Origin: a virus
Taxonomy: Duplodnaviria; Caudoviricetes
Length of the DNA: 46,962 nt
Reading direction: 5' to 3' (one strand)
IMG/VR virus record: IMGVR_UViG_3300005326_000717
Coordinates: 1-46,962 of that record
In this document: piece after piece, positions 37,044-46,590 of the stretch
Position numbering within the stretch: position 1 is the first letter of the stretch
Layout of the letters: every line of letters starts with the position of its first letter
Position numbers and translations under genes: made by a program
Notes under the pieces: model-generated
What the model was told of the DNA's origin: nothing
The model's database searches: none
Seen by the model: only the letters and a program-made list of their open reading frames with translations

Positions 37044-37490
37044 TTGGCGGAGCGATCGGTGCCTATCGAGATAGGAGGTGAAAAATATCACCTCCGTTTC
37101 GAGCGGAAAGATGGGAGAATGATCGAGCGGGAACACAACACCACCATCCTGATGCTTTTACAGCCCGGCAGATTCGGATGGGATGCCGCTGCGATCTTCC
37201 TGCTCAAAGGGCTGAAGAGGGAGAACGAGAAGGGCGAATTCGTCTATGCACTCCCTCAGAATGCAGAGGGTGATGAAAAGGCATTCGAGATGGTGCAGAC
37301 ATTCACCGGAAAGTTCCGGGGAATCAACACCGGCATTGCGCTCCTGTATGGTGCAATCAACGGTGCTCTGATCGCATCCGGCTGGTATCTTTCCCCCGAG
37401 GAACAGACAGCTCGGGCTGATGATAAAGCAACCTGTGTGGTCGACCCCTCAAAAAACTCAGCGACGCCCTCGACTCCGATAATGCCATAG
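37044..37490 (+). CDS. Tail assembly chaperone (gpG-like)
   Basis: IEIGGEKYHLRF; located between tail tube and tape measure. Confidence 0.8.
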   Translation: MAERSVPIEIGGEKYHLRFERKDGRMIEREHNTTILMLLQPGRFGWDAAAIFLLKGLKRENEKGEFVYALPQNAEGDEKAFEMVQTFTGKFRGINTGIALLYGAINGALIASGWYLSPEEQTARADDKATCVVDPSKNSATPSTPIMP

Positions 37491-37783
37491 CGTACGGAAT
37501 CTGTGGGCTGACACCCGGGCAACTCGACCGGATGACCCCCGGAGAATTCAGGGAATTTGCAGAGAGGAAGATCAAGTGGTATGAACAAAACCAAAAATCT
37601 CAACGCAATGACCAGGACGCCCTCAATGGATTCCTATGCCTGCTCATCCAGCGCTCTCTCGGGAATAAAGAGGCCAAACTGGAGGACTTCATGATTTTCA
37701 CGAAGCAGGATCCACCAAAGCAGCAGACAGAAGCGGAATGGAATAGTGCGCTTAGCTCGTGGATCGGGACCGGAGGCAGGTGA
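37451..37783 (+). CDS. -1 frameshift extension of tail chaperone (gpGT-like)
   Basis: Slippery A_AAA_AAC at 37451-37457; -1 frame reads KKLSDALD...GLTPGQLDRMTPGEF. Confidence 0.85.
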   Translation, partial: KKLSDALDSDNAIAYGICGLTPGQLDRMTPGEFREFAERKIKWYEQNQKSQRNDQDALNGFLCLLIQRSLGNKEAKLEDFMIFTKQDPPKQQTEAEWNSALSSWIGTGGR

Positions 37784-39852
37784 TGGCGGAGGAAGTTGTC
37801 AAAACCTATTGGGCGAAGTTCGGCCTCGATGCCACCAATTTCCTCAATGGTATTACAGCAGCGCAAAAGGAGTTCCTTACATTTACCGCCGGGGTAGCGG
37901 CATCAGTGGCGGTATTCACCCTCGCATTCAATGAGTATTCTCGGCTTGTTCAGAAATACGGTCAGATGGCTAACGACTTGCAGGATCTCTCTTATGCGAC
38001 CGGTATCTCGACGGAAGAAATCCAGCGGTTTCATTACGCCGCCAAACTTTCAGGTGATGACATCGGCATGGTTGACGCCATGCTCTCAAAGCTCACCCTC
38101 TCAATGGGGCAGTTTACCGATAAAACATCTCCTGCTGCAAAAGCGTTCCAGCAGTTAGGCGTTGATCCCGCCGGGAAGAGCACTTCGCAGGTATTTGAGG
38201 AGATCGCTGCCGCAATGAGCGATATTCCCAATGCCGGTACCCGGGCGTCTATTGGTGTTGATATTTTAGGCAGGAGTTATCGTGATTCTCTGCCGTACAT
38301 GAAGGATTACGTCGAGAACTCGGAAAAGATCAAAAAGGCCGTCACGTTCTCTCCGGAAGAACAGCAGGCGATGGCCGATTACAAACAGGGTCTCGACGAT
38401 CTCGGCAATTCGTGGGAAGTGTTTTGGGGAAAGGCGCTTTTTGGCAAGCCGGAGGCAACAAAAGAGAAAGTCGACTCGATTCTCCAGTATTATCAAACGC
38501 TCGGATATGGAGAGGAAGAAATCAAGAAAGCCTTGGTCTCAAATTATGGATTAAGTGCCCTGCAAAAACTCGGGTATTATACCGAGTCTGCAGAGTCTGC
38601 GAAATCTTCAAGGATCGACTTTAAGGACCAGTTTGCCAACCTCGACGAGACCGGCGTTAAATTGGCACAACTAAACGCGGACCTCGCGGACTACAACGAC
38701 GCGATGGAGGCTGCCAGGCAGTCGGGCGATCAAGAAGCCTTCGAGAAGGCGGCAGCCGGGGCCCGGATAACTCAGCTGGCGATTGATGAGCTCGGTAAAG
38801 CCGGGAAATTAACTCAGACTGAGATATCAAAAATCAAAAACAGCCTCGACGATCTCACCAAGTACTCCATCCCGGAGCAGCGGGAGGAGGTCAAAAAACT
38901 CGAAAAGGCTTACAAGGAGATCGGGGATAAAAGTTCTCAAGCCGCAAAGGATGCGAAGCGGGAATGGGAGCACGCACAGAACACCCTTAACGGCTATCTG
39001 ATCCAGCAGCAGGAGGCCTCAGAAAAGCTGACAAAAGCCGGCGTCTCTACATCGGCATCGGGCGGCTCCACTTACAACGAACTCTTCAAAGCCTCGATAA
39101 ATACCGGCGGCGTCGGTCCCGACACAGCCGGGTACTCTGACCTCGCCAACATGTCAGAGGCGGAGCTTCAGGAGATCGCAAAAGGCGGGCTCGGCAAATC
39201 AAAGGGGTTTGCGGAGAAGGCACAGGCATATCTTGACCGGATGGGATCGACCGGCTCCGGCACGGCCTCCACCGCCTCGAAAACCACCACAACCCCCGGC
39301 AGCACCGACCAAACAAAAACCGTAGAAACCGAGTACGACAAACAGACAACGGCCCTTGCAACCCTCACCGACAAAACCACAAAAGAGTATCAGAAGCAGA
39401 GCGACGCCTTCAAAAAACACATGGACGGTATCCAGGCGCTCCGGGAGAAGCAATACCCGATCTTGGAAGTATTAGACCTCACTCATTTCGCCACGTTTGA
39501 AGAGACGGCGAGAGTGGGGCAGCAAGCGGTCCTCAACAATATGGCGAAACTCGTCAACTTCGCCGGTCAAAACCCGATCATCCAGAACTCCATAATAATG
39601 TCGGCCAAGGGCCCCGACTGGACCCCTCCGACATTCACTCCGATCACCGCACCAACCCTCGCCAGCGCGGATTTCACGCAGGTAGGGGCGGCTGTGCAGG
39701 CGATTGTGGCGAAGGGGCTTGGTGATGGCACAAGCGGCACGGCAGCGGCAAAGGCGGCGGTTACGAAAGTTACGGTCGTTATCGAGGATAAGACGAGCGG
39801 CGGCGTCCGGGCAGAGCTCGCCTCAGCCAATGGTGTCGGAGGTGGCAATTGA
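37783..39852 (+). CDS. Tape measure protein
   Basis: 689 aa, helical and Ala-rich; LSYATGISTEEIQRFHYAA; follows chaperone. Confidence 0.88.
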   Translation: MAEEVVKTYWAKFGLDATNFLNGITAAQKEFLTFTAGVAASVAVFTLAFNEYSRLVQKYGQMANDLQDLSYATGISTEEIQRFHYAAKLSGDDIGMVDAMLSKLTLSMGQFTDKTSPAAKAFQQLGVDPAGKSTSQVFEEIAAAMSDIPNAGTRASIGVDILGRSYRDSLPYMKDYVENSEKIKKAVTFSPEEQQAMADYKQGLDDLGNSWEVFWGKALFGKPEATKEKVDSILQYYQTLGYGEEEIKKALVSNYGLSALQKLGYYTESAESAKSSRIDFKDQFANLDETGVKLAQLNADLADYNDAMEAARQSGDQEAFEKAAAGARITQLAIDELGKAGKLTQTEISKIKNSLDDLTKYSIPEQREEVKKLEKAYKEIGDKSSQAAKDAKREWEHAQNTLNGYLIQQQEASEKLTKAGVSTSASGGSTYNELFKASINTGGVGPDTAGYSDLANMSEAELQEIAKGGLGKSKGFAEKAQAYLDRMGSTGSGTASTASKTTTTPGSTDQTKTVETEYDKQTTALATLTDKTTKEYQKQSDAFKKHMDGIQALREKQYPILEVLDLTHFATFEETARVGQQAVLNNMAKLVNFAGQNPIIQNSIIMSAKGPDWTPPTFTPITAPTLASADFTQVGAAVQAIVAKGLGDGTSGTAAAKAAVTKVTVVIEDKTSGGVRAELASANGVGGGN

Positions 39853-40736
39853 AGGTCGTATGGTATAGCGCAGCCGGTACGTCCATCGAGCTCTCCAAGG
39901 ACTCTGAGACTTACAAACTGCTCGTAGGGATGCGGGGATTCCATGAGAACCCGGAACCATCTCACCAGGTAACGCAAGCACCGTTCCAGAATGGGGCTGA
40001 CCGGTCCCTGACGCTCTACGAGCCCCGGGAAGTCTCATTACCGGTAATGGTGCGGGGACCGACCTATCAGTCATTGGAGCAGAACGGGCAGTATCTGGCC
40101 CTCGCCCTCAATGCCCTTCTCGGGCCGGGCACGCTGATCTACACACGGGAAGATGGAAAAGAGTTCTTCCTTACATGCATCGCCAGCGGCAAGTGCCCGG
40201 GAGATCCATCTGATGAAACACCGACGAGCTACAAGACCACGATCACGCTCATCGCTCACGATCCGTTCTGGTATTCGTACCCGATCATCCCCACGTATTT
40301 CGGGTCGGGCGCTCCGCTCCAGTTCCCCTTCGGATTCCCTTTCAAATTTCCCTCAACAACTCCTGAAGATACCATAACGAATGAGGGGAATGTTGCGGGA
40401 CCGGTCACAATCCAGATCACCGGCGCAATTGTCAACCCGACGATCTCACGGACGTACTCGGATAAGTACGGCACGAAAACCACCGAATCGGTCTCGTTTA
40501 CCCTGACAATGATCGCGGGAGAGGTTCTTACGATTACGACCGGCCCGGGCAATCCCCGGATAACTCTGTTGCACGATGACGGGAACTATGACACCAACCC
40601 GTTCCAGTATCTCGTTGCCGATCCAAAATTCTGGCAGCTCCAGCCGGGCGACAACGAGATTGTACTTACCAACGTCTCGATGGGTGTCGATACGCAGATG
40701 ATCATCTGGCACGCAAGCCGATTCACGGCGGTGTGA
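39849..40736 (+). CDS. Distal tail (Dit-like) protein
   Basis: PFQNG..YEPREV, AHDPFWY, NEGNV..P.I.ITG...NP, LQPGDNEI. Confidence 0.82.
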   Translation: MKVVWYSAAGTSIELSKDSETYKLLVGMRGFHENPEPSHQVTQAPFQNGADRSLTLYEPREVSLPVMVRGPTYQSLEQNGQYLALALNALLGPGTLIYTREDGKEFFLTCIASGKCPGDPSDETPTSYKTTITLIAHDPFWYSYPIIPTYFGSGAPLQFPFGFPFKFPSTTPEDTITNEGNVAGPVTIQITGAIVNPTISRTYSDKYGTKTTESVSFTLTMIAGEVLTITTGPGNPRITLLHDDGNYDTNPFQYLVADPKFWQLQPGDNEIVLTNVSMGVDTQMIIWHASRFTAV

Positions 40737-42205
40737 TGATGCCCGGAGAACCCATCTTACCTTATCAGAGCGGCGTTCTTGGAGAGGGAGTTCTCGGGTT
40801 CCTACAACTCGGGGAACCATACACTCCGATCAGCGAACTCACATTACCGTACGATCTCGGGGCCCGAATTTGGGTGGAGATTTACACCCCGGCCTTTCTC
40901 ATGGCCGGCATTGTTGGCGATTACGAATCCCTGACATGGACTGACAACTGGTACGATTTCGATACCTGGGAACTGTCGATCGATTCCAACAAGATCAACG
41001 TCGGGGCGTTCGTGGCGAAGGGACTGATCCGGTTCGTTGCGGATGGCCGCGAACATATCGGCTGGATCGAGGGCATAAAACGGGTGCTGAAACCCCGGGG
41101 AGCGGAAACCCACACCGTATCTGGCAGGGGCATCGAAGCAGTTTTCACACGGAGAATCTGTATAAAAGATATTTCAACCGGTGACGGTTACAACGCCCTC
41201 GGAGATACAGCGATCACCGGGATCACGTTCGTCTTTGCAGCCAGCACTACGGTGACAGCCTCGGCCTCGTGCCTTTCCCAAGTATCAGTAGGTTACTATC
41301 TCTACAACAGCACGAACGACGCGGCGACGTATGCCAAAAAGATCACGGCGATCTCCACGGACGGGCTGACGATCACGCTCGAAAGTGCATACTCAGGTAC
41401 CGCCGGATCAGGCAAGGCCGGGTCACTCATCGGGCAGCCTGGAGAGACGGCCCTGCGGACCTGCGTATATGATGAGTGCATCAACCCATCCAGTTCAACG
41501 AGGATCATATCTGGTCTTTCACTGGCAGCCGACTCCAAGCGGGGATCGGTGGTCGCCCGGACACTCAGGATTGATCGACTCTCTGATGTGATGTACGGGA
41601 TCGGGAAGGAGACGGCCCTATCGTTCAAACTCACTCATCCGAGCGCAGGCATGAATTTTGTCTTCACGGTGCTGCAAGGTACCGATGTTTCCAGCACAGT
41701 GACCCTCTCCACAGATCGCGGCAACGTACAAGAGATCGAGTACTTCGAGAATCTTCTCGAGTACAAGAACCTCGTTTATGTCAATGGTACCGGTGACGGT
41801 GCGGCCAGGATTGTCCGGCAAGTGTTTACTGGCGTTACGGAGCCGAGTGGATGGGACCGGTATGAAACATCTTTCGACGCCTCAGACTGCACCACGGATG
41901 CAGCTCTCGACAGCAAAGGGGCGGAAGTCCTGGCAGATCTGGCAGAGGCGATCACGCTGGATGTCCAGTACCTGCAGACCAGCAACCCCACGTACATCCT
42001 GGGCACCCATTTCAAGCTCGGCTACACTATCACGGTCGATTACGTGACGGCGGGGATCAAAGTGGTCAGCCGGGTCACATCCATCGAGACGAACTGGGTA
42101 CGGCAAGGCAAGACGATCAAGTTGACGATCGGGAAGAAAAAACCCGATTTTGTGGACATTTACAAGTATGACAAGAAAGCGAATGGAGCGCAAAAACGGA
42201 GGTAA
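40733..42205 (+). CDS. Baseplate hub (ReqiPepy6 Gp37-like)
   Basis: DYESLTW, VSGR, NLVYVNGTGDGAAR, RYETSFDA, FKLG. Confidence 0.78.
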   Translation: MMMPGEPILPYQSGVLGEGVLGFLQLGEPYTPISELTLPYDLGARIWVEIYTPAFLMAGIVGDYESLTWTDNWYDFDTWELSIDSNKINVGAFVAKGLIRFVADGREHIGWIEGIKRVLKPRGAETHTVSGRGIEAVFTRRICIKDISTGDGYNALGDTAITGITFVFAASTTVTASASCLSQVSVGYYLYNSTNDAATYAKKITAISTDGLTITLESAYSGTAGSGKAGSLIGQPGETALRTCVYDECINPSSSTRIISGLSLAADSKRGSVVARTLRIDRLSDVMYGIGKETALSFKLTHPSAGMNFVFTVLQGTDVSSTVTLSTDRGNVQEIEYFENLLEYKNLVYVNGTGDGAARIVRQVFTGVTEPSGWDRYETSFDASDCTTDAALDSKGAEVLADLAEAITLDVQYLQTSNPTYILGTHFKLGYTITVDYVTAGIKVVSRVTSIETNWVRQGKTIKLTIGKKKPDFVDIYKYDKKANGAQKRR

Positions 42206-42207
42206 TC

Positions 42208-43038
42208 ATGGCACTGAATTTTAACTTTCTGAACACGGGAAACATGGACTGGAACGAACCGAACTGGCACAAGGTTGCCCTGCTGTTACAAGGGCAGGAC
42301 GGGGCTCTTGAGAATTATCTTTCGGAATTTGCCGTAATCCAAAATACCCCGCCAGCGATGAACGTCATTGTTGGAACCGGTATGGGGTGGGCCAACGGGA
42401 TCGAGTTCGACACCACGGCACCAACAACGGTCACGGTGGATGATGCCGATGCAACGTACACTCGCATGGATTACGTCGTTTTTGCCATCGATTGGGTCGC
42501 AAAGACCGTCACGCTGACAACCCATAAGGGCACGGCAGCAGCCTCCCCGGTTGCACCCACGCTCACGCAGGACTCATCACTCTACGAGTACCCGCTCGCC
42601 CTTCTGACCATACCGGCGGGTGTGGCCGGGGCAGCGATAACGACCGCGATGATCACCGATGTCCGCACGTTCCTGAATGGCTTGGAAATCCCCTGTATCA
42701 TCGATGGTGGGGGGAAGGTCATTGCCACCGGGACAAAGGCCCGTATCAAGGCCCCGTGTGACTGCACGATAGCCGCATGGGAAGCTACGGCATCTCCCTC
42801 AGGTTCGATCGGATTTGACATCAAGACGTGCACCTATGCCAATTTCCCGACAACCGTCTCGATCACCGCGAGCGCCAAGCCGGTTATAACATCAGCACAA
42901 AAGGCCACGTCTTCAACTCTGACCGGGTGGACAACCTCAATAAAACGCGGAGACTGGATCGAGTTTGTCGTGGACTCCTGCACCTCGACCACGCTCGCCA
43001 CGCTCTCGCTCCATTGCGTGAGGAGCACGCCACCATGA
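42208..43038 (+). CDS. Baseplate/minor tail protein
   Basis: MNVIVGTG, RMDYV, P.LTQ..YEYPLA, ITDVR; extra C-terminal beta domain. Confidence 0.7.
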   Translation: MALNFNFLNTGNMDWNEPNWHKVALLLQGQDGALENYLSEFAVIQNTPPAMNVIVGTGMGWANGIEFDTTAPTTVTVDDADATYTRMDYVVFAIDWVAKTVTLTTHKGTAAASPVAPTLTQDSSLYEYPLALLTIPAGVAGAAITTAMITDVRTFLNGLEIPCIIDGGGKVIATGTKARIKAPCDCTIAAWEATASPSGSIGFDIKTCTYANFPTTVSITASAKPVITSAQKATSSTLTGWTTSIKRGDWIEFVVDSCTSTTLATLSLHCVRSTPP

Positions 43039-43832
43039 CGCTGGTGACACTGACCTACACAACCTCTCAAACGATCACCATACCCTCTCACGTCAAACGG
43101 CTTGCGAGCATTATGCTTAAAGGGGGAGGTGGGGGGGGACAACACGGGAGGAACGATCCTCCGGTCCACGGGACTGGGGGGACTGAGGGCGCAATAACGA
43201 CGCTATCTGATATTGATGTGACGCCGGGGGGACAGTATGAGGTTGTTATTGGCACCAAAGGATTGGGGGGGACTCCCGAGCCTGGGTCTAACCCAACAGC
43301 AGGTGGAGAGACGGCGGCATTTGGACAGACCGCGCTCGGCGGCAACCCCGGTGCTTTTGGGAGCAGTCCGACCGCCGGCGCGGGTGTAAACGGGGGCGCG
43401 GCAGGAACATCATACTCTACGGACGGACAGGACGCTACTGGATACGGTTGCGGGGGCGGGGGAGGATATGGGGGCATCTCCCCTCTAGGGGCCGGGGGGG
43501 ACGGGTCAAACGGCGTGGTAATAATAACGTATTATGAACCTGCAATATCATTTTCCGGCACTCCGACGGAAGACACGGCGCCGGCATCTGTTGCCTTCAC
43601 CGCATCGGCGACCGAAAGCCCGACATTATGGGCATGGTCATTCGGGGATGGTGGATCGTCAGCGGTACAAAACCCCTCACATACGTACGACATTCCCGGA
43701 AAATTCACCGTCGCGTTGACCGTCACAAATGCCTACTGTACCGTGACTGAGACAAAAACCGAATACATCTCGATGTACTGGGAACCCTCAGCGCAGGCGT
43801 TTTTCCTGATGGCAGATCCGCGGGGGGTGTGA
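43035..43832 (+). CDS. Gly-rich tail adhesin with PKD domain
   Basis: GGGGGG repeats, GSNGVVIITY; PKD motif WAWSFGDG..QNPSHTY..PG.FTVALTVTN. Confidence 0.8.
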   Translation: MTLVTLTYTTSQTITIPSHVKRLASIMLKGGGGGGQHGRNDPPVHGTGGTEGAITTLSDIDVTPGGQYEVVIGTKGLGGTPEPGSNPTAGGETAAFGQTALGGNPGAFGSSPTAGAGVNGGAAGTSYSTDGQDATGYGCGGGGGYGGISPLGAGGDGSNGVVIITYYEPAISFSGTPTEDTAPASVAFTASATESPTLWAWSFGDGGSSAVQNPSHTYDIPGKFTVALTVTNAYCTVTETKTEYISMYWEPSAQAFFLMADPRGV

Positions 43833-44926
43833 TTATGGCGTGGTATGACACGATTTTTGTAATCATCAATCTGGACACCAAGCAACCAACCCCATCTCAG
43901 TGGTATGCGGCACTTCGGGCTTATATCGATAAGATCGAATTGATGTGCCTGGATCTGGTTGACGTATCGGCAACTCATCGCGGCCTTTGCCCAAAACTCG
44001 ACGGCAACCCCAATCATTTCCTGCGTTCTGATGGCGAGCAGGCTGCTCCGCCGGGTTCCGGGGGTGTCGGGGGTGCGACCGGCTCGGCAGATGGCGAGAT
44101 CATCGTTGCTGACGGCACCGGAGGAGATACAATCAAAGGATCCGGGATCCTCATTTCTCAATCAGTCGAGAACAACAATACTACTGTGCCAACCGGTGCG
44201 GCCGTCCAGGACGCCCTGGATGCGTTGCCTGTTGCGGGGGATGTCGTTGGACCGGCATCCTCAACAGATAACGCACTCGCACGGTTCGACGGCCCCGGAG
44301 GGAAAACGCTTCAGAACTCCCTCATGACCGTTGATGACAACGGCACGGCCAACATCCCGGCCGCCCAGAAATACAAAGTCGGCGGGGCGGATGTTTTCAA
44401 CACCCCGAAGCGCACCATAATTCTTCACGGTTCCGGGGGAAAAGCCAGCACCACAGATGGTAACGACTCGTTTTCAACGGTCGAAACCTCAACCAATAAA
44501 ATTCTTGTCAACGGCTCGAAATTCATTGCCTCCACCTCAGACAAATACCATCAATGGGAAACCCCAATGCCCGACAACTGGGATCTCGGGACCATCAAGG
44601 CCGTCCCGTGGATTTACACCGATTCGACCGATGCCAGCGACCATACAATAATATTCGGGCTGCAATGCGTCGCCATCCGGAACGGGGATAACGCCGATAC
44701 TGCATGGGGGACCGCACAGGAATCCACGATAACGGTGGCATCAAGCATCGCGGGGAAAGAGGTTGCCGGTGCAGAGACCACGGCAATTACGCCGGGCGGC
44801 ACTGCTGCCAAAGGGTGCAAACTGCGATTCAGGACGTATCGGAAAGGTGCGGACACTCACACCGGGGATGTAATCCTGACGCAATGGGCCCTAGAAATCG
44901 GCACGAACAACTTCTCGGATGAGTGA
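43829..44926 (+). CDS. Tail fibre protein
   Basis: HRGLCPKL..FLRSDG, GDVVGPASSTDNALARFDG; beta-rich C-terminus. Confidence 0.72.
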   Translation: MIMAWYDTIFVIINLDTKQPTPSQWYAALRAYIDKIELMCLDLVDVSATHRGLCPKLDGNPNHFLRSDGEQAAPPGSGGVGGATGSADGEIIVADGTGGDTIKGSGILISQSVENNNTTVPTGAAVQDALDALPVAGDVVGPASSTDNALARFDGPGGKTLQNSLMTVDDNGTANIPAAQKYKVGGADVFNTPKRTIILHGSGGKASTTDGNDSFSTVETSTNKILVNGSKFIASTSDKYHQWETPMPDNWDLGTIKAVPWIYTDSTDASDHTIIFGLQCVAIRNGDNADTAWGTAQESTITVASSIAGKEVAGAETTAITPGGTAAKGCKLRFRTYRKGADTHTGDVILTQWALEIGTNNFSDE

Positions 44927-44930
44927 TTAA

Positions 44931-45758
44931 ATGGCTGTTGTATGGAGCGACCCCGTAATAGACGGAAATACCACGCGGTATGATGGGGTTGATGGGCTGT
45001 ATCTCCTCTATAAATGGATTTGGAGGGCTACAGATGGGACAACTACTTGGACCCCCCAAGGAGGTTCCGCCGAAGTCGAATATTTAGTAATCGCTGGGGG
45101 GGGTGGCGGCGGAGCGTCTGGAACAAATATCGGTGCTGGCGGGGGAGGGGGTGCCGGAGATTATTTTTATGGCACGGGGCTTGTCGTGTCTGGCCCCCAG
45201 ACAATCACTATCGGTAGTGGGGGTCCCGGGGGGTCTGGGAGCCAAACTGCAGGGAGCGATGGAAATGACAGTATCTTTGGGTCTAAAACTGCCAAGGGGG
45301 GCGGTGGTGGTGGAGGGACAACCGGAAGGAATGGAGGTTCTGGGGGTGGGGGTGCAGGGAAATATACTGGTGGAAATTCAGGAGGAACTGCCGTATATAA
45401 CGGAATTGGACATAACGGAGGGACCTCTTCTGGATATGATGGCGCCGGCGGGGGGGGTGCAAATTCTGCCGGGGGTGTAGCGATAACCGCAGGGCTTGGC
45501 AATGAAAATACAATATCGGGGGCTTCGGTAACTTATTCTACGGGGGGTAGCGGAGGGATAAATGGAACCGCCGGAAATGGATCTAGCGGAACGGCAAATA
45601 CGGGCAATGGGGGGAACGGAGGGAACCAGAACGCCGGGACGTATTCAGGTGGAACTGGGGGAAGCGGGGTCATCATCATCAGATACCTCACACCCTCTAC
45701 CGACAATTTATCAGGTGTGGGTATGGGAAGCGCGAACATAATGGCCTGCGGGTGCTGA
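44931..45758 (+). CDS. Gly-rich tail fibre/receptor-binding protein
   Basis: VEYLVIAGGGGGG, ANTGNGGNG, GGSGVIIIRY. Confidence 0.78.
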   Translation: MAVVWSDPVIDGNTTRYDGVDGLYLLYKWIWRATDGTTTWTPQGGSAEVEYLVIAGGGGGGASGTNIGAGGGGGAGDYFYGTGLVVSGPQTITIGSGGPGGSGSQTAGSDGNDSIFGSKTAKGGGGGGGTTGRNGGSGGGGAGKYTGGNSGGTAVYNGIGHNGGTSSGYDGAGGGGANSAGGVAITAGLGNENTISGASVTYSTGGSGGINGTAGNGSSGTANTGNGGNGGNQNAGTYSGGTGGSGVIIIRYLTPSTDNLSGVGMGSANIMACGC

Positions 45759-46261
45759 AAACGATAGAAACCACTTTTGAAACAGAACTGAATCGTATCG
45801 TCTACGCGAAGGTTGCCTCCGGGGAATACCCGGACCCGATCGCTCAGGTATCGGATGCAGAACAGCGAGCGGAACTCATCGGTCTCAAGGCCGGCACGAT
45901 TGCCCGTCCTGCAACGAAACCGGGATATCTCAACCGTCTCGCACAACTGGAAGCGCAGATAAAGGGTATCGCCGCACAAAACAAGCAGATTAACGTAGAC
46001 AATGCAGCCGCAAGAAAGGCAGTAGATGACAAGTTCTCTGCCGATATTGCAGAGGCGAAACTCGATGAAGAGAACCTGATGGCCGCGATCCGGGCGTACC
46101 GGAACTACCTCCTCGCACAAACTGACTGGACGCAGAACAGTGACAATAAACTCACCGGTACACTAAAACAGGCATGGAAAGATCACCGGCAGGCCCTGCG
46201 GGATCTCCCGGAGAATGTCGTGGATCCCCTAAACCCGGTATGGCCCACACCACCGGCATAA
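45752..46261 (+). CDS. Tail fibre assembly chaperone
   Basis: RNYLLAQTDWTQ...W..HRQALRDLP...WPTPP. Confidence 0.85.
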   Translation: MLKTIETTFETELNRIVYAKVASGEYPDPIAQVSDAEQRAELIGLKAGTIARPATKPGYLNRLAQLEAQIKGIAAQNKQINVDNAAARKAVDDKFSADIAEAKLDEENLMAAIRAYRNYLLAQTDWTQNSDNKLTGTLKQAWKDHRQALRDLPENVVDPLNPVWPTPPA

Positions 46262-46276
46262 ATCACATTAATAAAA

Positions 46277-46355
46277 AATACACCGATAGATACGAACACA
46301 TATAAAAATACCCCCTTTTACAACACGTAAATATACCGATAGTTACGTTTATATA
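46277..46355 (+). promoter_or_regulatory. Direct repeats plus TATA box upstream of xis-like gene
   Basis: AATACACCGATAGATACG (46277) and AATATACCGATAGTTACG (46330), then TTTATATA (46348-46355). Confidence 0.6.
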
Positions 46356-46389
46356 CACACAATGATGATATGATTTTAAGGTGTAGTTT

Positions 46390-46575
46390 ATGCAGGAAGC
46401 AATGCCACTCGATACATACTACACCGTTGATGAGGTTGCCGATAAGCTGAAGGTATCCCCCAGGACAGTGTTGGAACTGAAACGAGCGGGAAAAATCAAG
46501 GCGGTCAAAATAGGGCGCGAGTTGCGCTTCTCTGAGACCTCCCTGAAATCATACCTCGGAGAACCGGCACCTTAA
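46390..46575 (+). CDS. xis: Excisionase-family HTH (HTH_17) protein
   Basis: YYTVDEVADKLKVSPRTV...GKIKAVKIGRELRF. Confidence 0.85.
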   Translation: MQEAMPLDTYYTVDEVADKLKVSPRTVLELKRAGKIKAVKIGRELRFSETSLKSYLGEPAP

Positions 46576-46590
46576 CGAAGGTGTTTATCC

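Noticed and set aside
43131-45457. G8 tracts (43131, 45096, 45450) as phase-variation sites
   Set aside because: Adequately explained by runs of Gly codons; both reading frames are intact
43035-45758. Diversity-generating retroelement or shufflon acting on the adhesins
   Set aside because: No reverse transcriptase, near-identical TR/VR pair, invertase or inverted cassettes seen
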